From an uncultured Eubacteriales bacterium (GTDB lineage Bacteria > Bacillota > Clostridia > Oscillospirales > Oscillospiraceae), in NCBI GenBank assembly GCA_900552015.1, contig URXY01000003.1, positions 4,808 to 68,807 on the forward strand: a DNA stretch of 64,000 nt. Direction: 5' to 3'. The notes beneath the pieces are model-generated. The model had not been told where the DNA came from. It saw nothing but the letters and a program-made list of their open reading frames with translations, and did not search any database. This document shows, piece after piece, positions 56,757-64,000 of this stretch; within the stretch, counting starts at the first letter, position 1, and every line of letters begins with the position of its first letter. The translations under genes were made by a program, and so were the position numbers.

Positions 56757-58352
56757 TCAATGCGCCTCATGGAGCAGGCGGTAAATGGCCGCGCCGCGGT
56801 AAAGCTCGATGGTCTCTGGCATCTTGCCGATACGGTAGCCCAGAAGGTCGGAGATGCGCTGCAGGCGGTATTTGATGGTGTTCTTGTGCAGAAACAGCAT
56901 CTCTGCTGTACGGGTCACGCTGCTGTCGCAGTCCAAAAGGAACACGCAGGCGGTGTGTAGCAGTTCCGGATATTCCGTCTCAGACTGGAGGACAGAGAGC
57001 GGCAGGATGCGCTGCGCGGCAGCGGCCTCGCCCTCGCTGATGCGCCTGCGGCAGGAGGAGGCGAGCTCCAGCTCGCCCTGCAGAAATACATTTTTGTGGG
57101 GGAAAATGCGTTTTGCGTCGTCCAAGTTGTCCAGCATCGACAAATATGCGCGGCGGCAGCTTGTTGTATTGGACAATCCGCTGCAGCGGACGACCACAGC
57201 GTCCGGACTGGCTCTGAGCGCACCAGCAAGGAGCTCCTGTATCACGCTCTCCGCTTCGCGCAGCGAGTGGGGCGTGCTCAGAAACATGACGGGTTGGCCT
57301 TCATAGATGCCGCCGACGACGGTGTCGGCACACTGGCGCGCGAGCGCGAGGTCCTGCTCCATGCGGGAGCTCACTTCGTCCGCACTTGTGCCGCAGAGCA
57401 TCCAGAGCTCATGGATGGCGGCGACGTCAACATGGAAAATGTCGGCCAGGCGCCGCATCTTGAGCGGATCATCCTGCAAAATGGCACGCAGCAGCTCGTG
57501 GATAGCGACCGCGCCATGCTGCCGGCCCCAGATATTGATGCAGATACGCACGGTGTCCGCCGCCTGCTCCACGGCGCGCTCGCCCAGCGGCGTGCCGACC
57601 TTGATGAGCGTTAGCTGGAGCGGCTGGGCAAGGTCCGACTGAATGGAGACAGAAGACATTTCCGCGTCTGGCAGGAAGGAACATGGTAGGTGCGCCTGCT
57701 CCGCGGGCAGCGGCAGACGGCGCTCAATGCCCTCGCGGATGGTATCGTCCATGCCGCTTGGCCAGGTGGCGAGATTCAGGATGTTGCCCTCATGGGTACT
57801 CAGCACCGCCGAGCAGCCGAGCTCCGCGCAGAGCATTTGCAGCGCTGTGCCGACCGACTGCTGGTGATGCGGCGCGGACGAGATGCGCGCAAGAATGTCC
57901 GACACGAGCGAACCGGCTGATGAGCGATCGCGGTAGATGCACTCCGTCACGTCGGTGATGAGGTCGCTGTAGCGCAGATGCCGCTGCCCCTCCGGCATAC
58001 AGATGAGCACGAAGTCATGCGTGTCGGCAATGTCGATGAGCCGCTGATCCACGGAGGGAAGGTAGACACCGACGTAGTACAGCACGAGCCCAACTTCGCC
58101 GCCGTCGATGAGCCGCATAAGGTTCAGGCACTGACGGTCTATGTCGTTGATGCAGTTCAAAAAGCCTGTGATGACGATCTCGCTTCCGGAGTACTTGTCA
58201 TGCGGGAAGACCTCGTTGACGAGGACCGAGGGGTCCGTGGATTCCAGCACCGAGATGGACGAGACCACCTTTTGCAGTCCGCCCGCCCCGCCCAGGACCT
58301 TCGCCTGCCGCAGAGAGGGGAGCTTCAGCAGATCCGATACCGTAACGCTCAC
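56757..58352 (-). CDS. PucR-family transcriptional regulator (purine catabolism regulator-like, C-terminal HTH)
   Basis: N-terminal PucR-type domain (MSVTVSDLLKLPSLRQAKVLGGAGGL). C-terminal PucR HTH (TAEMLFLHKNTIKYRLQRISDLLG). Confidence 0.8.
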   Translation of the reverse strand: MSVTVSDLLKLPSLRQAKVLGGAGGLQKVVSSISVLESTDPSVLVNEVFPHDKYSGSEIVITGFLNCINDIDRQCLNLMRLIDGGEVGLVLYYVGVYLPSVDQRLIDIADTHDFVLICMPEGQRHLRYSDLITDVTECIYRDRSSAGSLVSDILARISSAPHHQQSVGTALQMLCAELGCSAVLSTHEGNILNLATWPSGMDDTIREGIERRLPLPAEQAHLPCSFLPDAEMSSVSIQSDLAQPLQLTLIKVGTPLGERAVEQAADTVRICINIWGRQHGAVAIHELLRAILQDDPLKMRRLADIFHVDVAAIHELWMLCGTSADEVSSRMEQDLALARQCADTVVGGIYEGQPVMFLSTPHSLREAESVIQELLAGALRASPDAVVVRCSGLSNTTSCRRAYLSMLDNLDDAKRIFPHKNVFLQGELELASSCRRRISEGEAAAAQRILPLSVLQSETEYPELLHTACVFLLDCDSSVTRTAEMLFLHKNTIKYRLQRISDLLGYRIGKMPETIELYRGAAIYRLLHEAH

Positions 58353-58676
58353 GCTGTGCCTCCTATTCTTATCCGCCGATCTTAAAAAAGCAGCGGAGAG
58401 CTGAGAAAATAAAATTTTCCTCTATTGTAGCCGCAAGATGAAAAAATGGCAAGAGGGAAGGCCGCATATGCTGTTTTTGCAAGTGTGTCCGGCGGGGCAA
58501 CAGATAAGTGGTGAAAGGCCATTGCGCGCTTTGCAGTGGGAAGTATTAGCTCATAGCCAGCCTATTATCGCAAAAGACTTCGGAGACCTTACGCTGCAAG
58601 GCCTCCGAAGTTCTTTTCTAAAGTGCAGTGCTTTTACACTTGCCAGTATTAAATTATAGAGTATCAGCGCTTTCGC

Positions 58677-59462
58677 TCACTCAAAAAGCCAACTGTACTT
58701 TCGCTTCTGCTCGAGCAGCACATATTCAGCCCGCTGGAGCACCTCTGGATCATAAAGCTCAGATGATCGCTCAAACTCTTTTTTCAGTTCATCTCGTGTG
58801 ATATGGAACGTAAGCTGTGAGCCATATAACTCCTCCGCTGCCGCCATTTGCTCTGCATGGTCTCGATCAAATGGTTTTGCCTTTACTCGCTCAATGCAGG
58901 TATACAGATCATCCGTGAGCGGGTAGTCGTTCAGATCCGAAAGCAGTGAAAGGCCATTATCGAAAATCGGACAAAGGCGGAACTCCTTGGTCTCTTCGTA
59001 CCGTAATACAGCAAGATCGTTTGTATGCCGGTCTTCATTGAGCGTTAGGCAATCAAGCTCCAGGATGGCAGTGAGATACTTCCCCACATCCGTCAAGTTT
59101 GTAACTCGCTCTATAAAGTCGACCGTATAAACGATCCGATCCTTCGGTGGATCAAACGCTGCAAGTGCCTGTGCAAGACCGTGGCCTTCATAGGCACGGT
59201 GCAACCGCTCAAACGGGATCAGCATTTCCCCTTTCCGCATAAAATCGCGGCTGATACATCCGGCCACATCTTTATCGTCATAATGAAGAAGGACCGGATC
59301 ATAGGTCACAAGATCCGCTGCGTTTGAATGTGCCAGCAGGCGCGAAACGATGACTTCGGCCAACGCCTCATAACCCATGTGATCTGCCTTGTACCCCGTA
59401 AGATAAACATATTTGCTGTGGGATGGATGTTCTTCCTGCCAGATCATATCTTCGTCATTCAA
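58677..59462 (-). CDS. HipA-like kinase C-terminal domain protein (stand-alone, no HipA N-domain)
   Basis: HipA catalytic-loop-like motifs (LNEDRHTNDLAVL and PIFDNGLSLL). Only 261 aa. No RBS upstream of the annotated ATG. Confidence 0.5.
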   Translation of the reverse strand: MNDEDMIWQEEHPSHSKYVYLTGYKADHMGYEALAEVIVSRLLAHSNAADLVTYDPVLLHYDDKDVAGCISRDFMRKGEMLIPFERLHRAYEGHGLAQALAAFDPPKDRIVYTVDFIERVTNLTDVGKYLTAILELDCLTLNEDRHTNDLAVLRYEETKEFRLCPIFDNGLSLLSDLNDYPLTDDLYTCIERVKAKPFDRDHAEQMAAAEELYGSQLTFHITRDELKKEFERSSELYDPEVLQRAEYVLLEQKRKYSWLFE

Positions 59463-59702
59463 ATCATTCAGAACATCAAAATCATGACCCTTCTAGGCAC
59501 AAGTAGGTGTGGTGCGTATCATTTCATAGGAATTACCCCATGGTATTCCCTGATCATAATAGGTACTTCAATGTTCTATCACAAACGAAAGACTCGCAGT
59601 AGCGGGATGACTTAGCATCCTTAACTACTACGAGTCCTTGTGCTTATGCAGTTGGACGGTAAGCATGGTGGTATAAGGCGGCACTCACTATGAGAGCTGC
59701 CG
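59463..59702. other. low-GC, highly structured non-coding island (possible ncRNA or mobile-element remnant)
   Basis: GC content drops visibly relative to flanks. Compound hairpin GACTCGCAGTAG ... GGATG-N-CATCC ... CTACTACGAGTC, and GCTTATGCAG...GGTAAGC. No ORF. Confidence 0.3.
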
Positions 59703-60155
59703 TCAGAGTAGCCGCTGTATCACGCAGAGACGCTGCAGATCGGTGTCGTAGAAAAGATATAGAGTGCTGTTGTCCTCCGCCGTGCGGCTGTTCCAGCGGT
59801 AGGCATGGGTGTAGTCGGGCAGGTAGGCCTCATCTACTTCAAGATAAGACAGGATATCCGTGATGTCCTGCTCGGCCTGAACGCTCTTCTGCTCGGTCAG
59901 GTGGGAGAGGAACGTCTCGTCCCCACCGTCCCATTGGAAGACAGTGTAGCGCTCGCCGTCGCCGTGAAAGCTTGTTGGCGTATGTACGTTGTATTCCTCC
60001 CGGATGCCCTTCGGCAGGTCGATATCCCAGTTTATTTCGATCGTCCGTTCGGTCGTGAAGTAGAGGTTTCCCAGAAGATACAGCCCCGCCGGGACCGTGA
60101 TCGCGATGACAGCGACCGCAAGCATGATCTGAAGCGTTGTCTTTGCCGTACGCAT
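59703..60155 (-). CDS. hypothetical membrane-anchored protein (N-terminal TM)
   Basis: N-terminal hydrophobic helix (LQIMLAVAVIAITVPAGLYLLG). No motif recognised. Confidence 0.45.
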   Translation of the reverse strand: MRTAKTTLQIMLAVAVIAITVPAGLYLLGNLYFTTERTIEINWDIDLPKGIREEYNVHTPTSFHGDGERYTVFQWDGGDETFLSHLTEQKSVQAEQDITDILSYLEVDEAYLPDYTHAYRWNSRTAEDNSTLYLFYDTDLQRLCVIQRLL

Positions 60156-60233
60156 GAGCCCGCCCTCCCATCGTTTGTCAGTTACCTGATTAGACGCAGG
60201 CAGGGAACAAAAGGTTCCATAGTGGGTAACAAT

Positions 60234-60407
60234 ATGGAAAACGGAACAAAACTCAGAATCCTATATTTATATCAACACCTTGTTCAACACACCGATGCCG
60301 AGCATACATTAGCGACCGCCGAGCTGATGAAGATCCTCAAGGAAGACTATTCCTTTAAGGTCTCCCGCAACACGATCAGTGATGATCTTCCTATACATAC
60401 GACGTGA
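60234..60407 (+). pseudogene. N-terminal HTH fragment of a DeoR/WYL-type regulator, abutting a truncated kinase fragment
   Basis: MENGTKLRILYLYQHLVQHTDAEHTLATAELMKILKEDYSFKVSRNTISDDL is a typical HTH_11-type N-terminus. The ORF ends after about 58 codons with no ligand-binding domain. Confidence 0.5.
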
Positions 60408-61770
60408 AGTGCCCTATATATACAAGGCTCAGCTTTCCAGCCAGCACCTGCTCAGCCTGATCAACGATGTACTGGATATGAGCAAGATCGAGTCCGGTGA
60501 GGTCAGTCTGAACCGCGAGCCGGTCAGCTTTGCGGAGATCGTCGGCCAGATCGACAGCATCATCCGCTCCCAGACCAACGAGCGCGGACAGTCCTTCCAA
60601 ATGCAGGTCCACACAGTGGCGCATGAGTACATCATGTCAGACGGTTTGCGCCTGTGCCAGCTACTTATCAACCTGCTCTCCAATGCCACCAAGTACACAC
60701 CGCGCGGCGGCAGCATCACCTTTGACCTCATTGAGCGTCCTTGCGATAAGGATGGCTATGCCTCCTACCGCATCATCGTGGAGGACACCGGCTTCGGTAT
60801 GGCTCCGGAGTTTATGGAACATCTTTTTGAGGCTTTTGCGCGCGAGGAAAATTCCAGAACAAATCAGATACAGGGCACGGGCCTCGGCATGGCGATCGCC
60901 AAGAACATCGTCGATATGATGGGCGGTACGATCAGTGTGCAAAGCGAGGTCGGCAAGGAGACCCGCTTCGAGGTCGATCTGACCTTTGAAATTGATCACA
61001 ACGCCGATATGAAGGTAGACCTTGGCTCGGCGCTGCTCATTATCGACGACGAGGTGCTGCGCGATAACATGGCAGCTTCCATGCGGGAGGCCAATGTCCG
61101 CTTCTATACCGCCACGACCCGTGCGGAGGCGACGGAACTGATGCAGCAGCAGAACATGGATATCGTCCTGATTGGCGGCCATCTTGCCGACGAAGAACTG
61201 GCAGACAAGGTGGCCTTGATCCGCAATGCCGCAAAAGAAGCCATCCTGATCCTCTTTGTGGATCATGTTCGCGCCGATCAGATCGAAGAAGTGGTGTCCG
61301 CCTGCCGTGCGGATGGCCTGATCCCCCGTCCATTCTTCCTCTCGAATCTCCTGCGGACCATTGAACGGATCAGGAACGCGGATGCCTATGAGGATAAGCG
61401 GCGCTCCAGTCTCAAGGGTAAGCATTTCCTCTGTGCGGAGGACAGCCAGCTCAACGCAGAGATATTAACGGCGATTCTGGAGGATAAGGGCGCAAGCTGC
61501 ACGATCTGCCGCAACGGTCAGGAGATCGTAGACGCCTTTGCGTCGGTCAAGCCCGGCGAGTATGACGTGATCCTCATGGATATGCAGATGCCGCAGATGA
61601 ACGGTCTGGAGGCGACAAAGATTATCCGCAGCGGCGAGAACCCGCTGGGTAAGACCATCCCCATTATTGCGATGACCGCAAATGCCTTTAACATTTTCTG
61701 CGTGCTTTATAATACGTTTATCCAATCAACAGGGGGAAATTTGTTATTACTTATCAGAAGCAGGATGTAA
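60379..61770 (+). pseudogene. hybrid histidine-kinase fragment truncated at both ends (partial HisKA, HATPase_c, degenerate REC, partial second REC)
   Basis: Homology to the 43052..44290 kinase starts mid-HisKA (LLSLINDVLDMSKIESG). The second REC stops after AMTANAF and runs into non-homologous sequence. Confidence 0.6.
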
Positions 61771-62235
61771 CAGCGTATTGCCGCTATTTTTGCAGAGAAG
61801 ACCGTACAAGCCGAAAACATTCTGCGGTCGCTCAAACGCCACTGAGGGCAATTACGGTGTGTTTCCCATTATATCTATCTCGGATGCGGATATGGACAGA
61901 GAGAGGTACAGAGCAAAAATGTGGCAGACACCGCAAAAGCATTGCTGCTTCCCGGAAGAGCCGATAGAACTGTCTGATGCCCGTACCGAGCGTCTGGACG
62001 AGATCGACAACGCTGTTTATGAGTGCCTCTGCGTGCTCCTTCAAAAAACGGAAGATGATTGGACCTGTGGTTGAGCACAATGTCGTATTTCCAAATTGAT
62101 AAGCCCAGCTTCCGCTGGACTTTTTCGACAGGTTGTAATATAACAGAGAAGGATCTATATGAAAAAATATTTAAAAAGTTTGTGCAATAAATCGTCCTTT
62201 CCGTGCATTACACGGATGACAGGAGAAAAAAGCCC

Positions 62236-62811
62236 ATGCTCAGTATGCTGATGACAACCGAATATGCGCCGGCGGAGGAGCGCCGCGAACTGCAGCGATT
62301 GCTCATCCGCGTTGCCGGTGGTGACCGTGACGCTTTGGCGGAGCTGTATCAGCGCACGCGCGCGGCGGTGTACGGCTTAGCGCTTTCCTACCTTAAAAAC
62401 GCGCACGACGCGCAGGATATCACACAGGATGTCTATGTGCAGGTGTGGGACTGCGCAGCGCAGTACCGTTCCACTGGCTCGCCGATGGGGTGGCTGCTGA
62501 CGGTCTGCCGCAACCTCTGTCTGATGCGCCTGCGGCGCGAAGAACGTCATGCCGCGCTCAGCGAGGAGGAATGGGACGCCATTCCCGCGCAGGAATGCGG
62601 TTTGGATGCCGACGAGCGTGCGCTGCTGCAAGGCGCGCTGGCAAGCCTTGCTGATGAGGAGCGGCGCATCGTGCTGCTTCACGCGGTCACGGGCATGAAG
62701 CACCGGGAGATCGCGGCGCTGCTGGAACTGCCGCTTCCCACCGTCCTGTCGAAATATCACAGAGCATTGAAAAAGATGCGAATTTTTCTGGAAGGAGATG
62801 ACGCCCGATGA
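62236..62811 (+). CDS. RNA polymerase sigma-70 factor, ECF subfamily
   Basis: Region 2 (DITQDVYVQVWD...GWLLTVCRNLC) and region 4 (MKHREIAALLELPLPTVLSKYHRALKKMR). RBS AGGAG before ATG 62236. Confidence 0.85.
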   Translation: MLSMLMTTEYAPAEERRELQRLLIRVAGGDRDALAELYQRTRAAVYGLALSYLKNAHDAQDITQDVYVQVWDCAAQYRSTGSPMGWLLTVCRNLCLMRLRREERHAALSEEEWDAIPAQECGLDADERALLQGALASLADEERRIVLLHAVTGMKHREIAALLELPLPTVLSKYHRALKKMRIFLEGDDAR

Positions 62812-64000
62812 CCAATGAAAAAATGGAGCAGAGGCTGGCTGCGGCGCTTGAAAAGACCGCGCCGGACGATGTGAGCGGCGTTCTCTCCCGCTGTGAAGCG
62901 CGGAAAGGAACGGTAATCAACATGGAAACGAAGAAAACGACAAAGAGAAGATGGACATCGCTCATCGCCTCTTGCCTTGCGGTAATGCTGCTCGGCGGAG
63001 GACTGTTCTACCAGCGAGCGAACGCAGTCGCGTCCGTGGTGTCGCTGGATGTGAACCCGAGCATCGAGCTGAAAGTGAATCGGAGCGAAAAGGTGCTCGT
63101 CTGTACCCCGCTCAACGAGGATGCAAAAGCCATCCTTGCGGATATGAGCAATGGCGCTGACCTCAAGGGCGCGAAGCTCGACGTGGCGGTGAACGCCATC
63201 GTGGGCAGCCTTGTGCGAAACGGCTACCTCAATAGCATTTCCTCCGCCATCATGATCTCGGTGGAGGATAAGGATACCGATCGCGCGGAAAAGCTCCAGC
63301 GCGAGCTGACGAGCACCGTGGACGGTGTTTTGCAGACAAGCGAATCGAGGGCGTCCGTCCTGACGCAGACGCTTACGCAGGACGCGGGACTTACGCAGCA
63401 GGCGCGGGAGAACAGCATCTCCACCGGAAAGGCGGCACTGGTAAACCGTGTGCTGGCGCTCAACGCCACACTGAAGTTTGACGCGCTGGCGAAGCTTTCG
63501 GTCGAGGAGCTCAAGGACCTCGCCGAAGCGGGTGCACCTGCCATGCCCATCGGTATGGATGCAGCCCGCACCGCTGCGGAGGAGTATGCCGGAACGACGG
63601 CGGTGGATTCCGTTACAGCGGAGGTCGATCCCGAACTCGACGAATCCCCTGCGCACTACGAAGTAGAGCTGCAAACGGCATGGGGCGAGTTCGAGTATCT
63701 AGTGGATGCCTACACAGGGAAGGTGCTCAGCGGGCAGAAAGATTTATTGGCTGCCGTTTCCGCATCGAATGAAACGACGAAGCCCTCTGGTCAAAAGCCC
63801 GCGCCGTCCGGAACGGTGCAGGATATCGGCTACGCCAAGGCGAAGTCCATTGCCCTGAACCACGCGGGCGTGAGTGAAAATGAAGCGTATGACATGGACA
63901 TTGAGCTGGATGATGAGGACGGAAAGCTCGTCTACGAAATCGAGTTCAGATCCGGCAATATGGAATATGACTACGAGATCGACGCGGCCTCCGGCACCAT
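62808..64000 (+). CDS. putative anti-sigma factor with single TM and extracytoplasmic PepSY-like repeats, 3'-truncated by window edge
   Basis: ATGA overlap with the sigma gene. TM (WTSLIASCLAVMLLGGGLF). PepSY-like segments (AKAKSIALNHAGVSENEAYDMDIELDDEDGKLVYEIEF). Frame open to the end of the window. Confidence 0.7.
   Translation, partial: MTNEKMEQRLAAALEKTAPDDVSGVLSRCEARKGTVINMETKKTTKRRWTSLIASCLAVMLLGGGLFYQRANAVASVVSLDVNPSIELKVNRSEKVLVCTPLNEDAKAILADMSNGADLKGAKLDVAVNAIVGSLVRNGYLNSISSAIMISVEDKDTDRAEKLQRELTSTVDGVLQTSESRASVLTQTLTQDAGLTQQARENSISTGKAALVNRVLALNATLKFDALAKLSVEELKDLAEAGAPAMPIGMDAARTAAEEYAGTTAVDSVTAEVDPELDESPAHYEVELQTAWGEFEYLVDAYTGKVLSGQKDLLAAVSASNETTKPSGQKPAPSGTVQDIGYAKAKSIALNHAGVSENEAYDMDIELDDEDGKLVYEIEFRSGNMEYDYEIDAASGT

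Noticed and set aside
58438-58659. 73-aa + ORF (MKKWQEGRPHMLFLQVCPAGQQISG...) in the PucR/HipA-like intergenic region, followed by hairpin CTTCGGAG...CTCCGAAG + T-rich tract
   Set aside because: There is weak RBS-like context (AGAGGGAAGG before an internal ATG) but no homology or clear domain, in a region that appears decayed. Kept as unproven, not called as a gene.
61682-62074. 130-aa + ORF after the truncated kinase fragment (…MWQTPQKHCCFPEEPIELSDARTERLDEIDNAVYECLCVLLQKTEDDWTCG)
   Set aside because: It starts in the non-homologous read-through of the kinase fragment, with no RBS and no motif. It is possibly a remnant of another decayed gene but is unsupported.

Overview
High-GC Firmicutes (Clostridia-type) chromosomal segment. 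It is dense with + strand housekeeping genes: an OmpR-type two-component pair, prmC, recA-recX, rimO, pgsA and cysS, then polA-rimI-tsaD on the minus strand, then mtaB. spoVT indicates an endospore former. Nucleobase and amino-acid transporters (uracil permease, AzgA-like purine permease, NCS1 permease, two DAACS symporters) are interspersed. 

The most interesting region is a selenium-utilisation island at 12.2-18.3 kb. Its selD is itself a selenoprotein: an in-frame UGA lies at 13201..13203 (minus strand), so ORF calling shows only a truncated gene. A promoter and an ECF sigma/anti-sigma pair follow. Then comes a yedF / class V aminotransferase / DUF3343 / yedE / tusA operon. 

Other notable items:
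- A leader-peptide attenuator that resembles E. coli pyrBI (which senses UTP) lies upstream of the uracil permease.
- A 600-bp structured intergenic region between convergent genes carries a DnaA-box cluster and a perfect 21-bp palindrome.
- A (GCAGA)9(GTAGA)3 tandem repeat plus terminator-like leader hairpins precede a gene for a surface protein with leucine-rich repeats (LRR) and S-layer-homology (SLH) anchor domains.
- A PucR-regulated NCS1 permease / DUF917 / hydantoinase-like operon of unknown substrate.
- A mosaic segment at 58.4-62.2 kb: a HipA-like kinase C-terminal domain, a low-GC highly structured non-coding island, and an HTH fragment abutting a truncated hybrid histidine-kinase fragment. 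A second, sensor-less paralogue of that kinase begins at a 13-bp palindrome.
- A frameshifted pseudogene.

No rRNA, tRNA, CRISPR array, integrase or transposase was recognised. Many long GC-rich antisense ORFs in the six-frame track are shadow ORFs.
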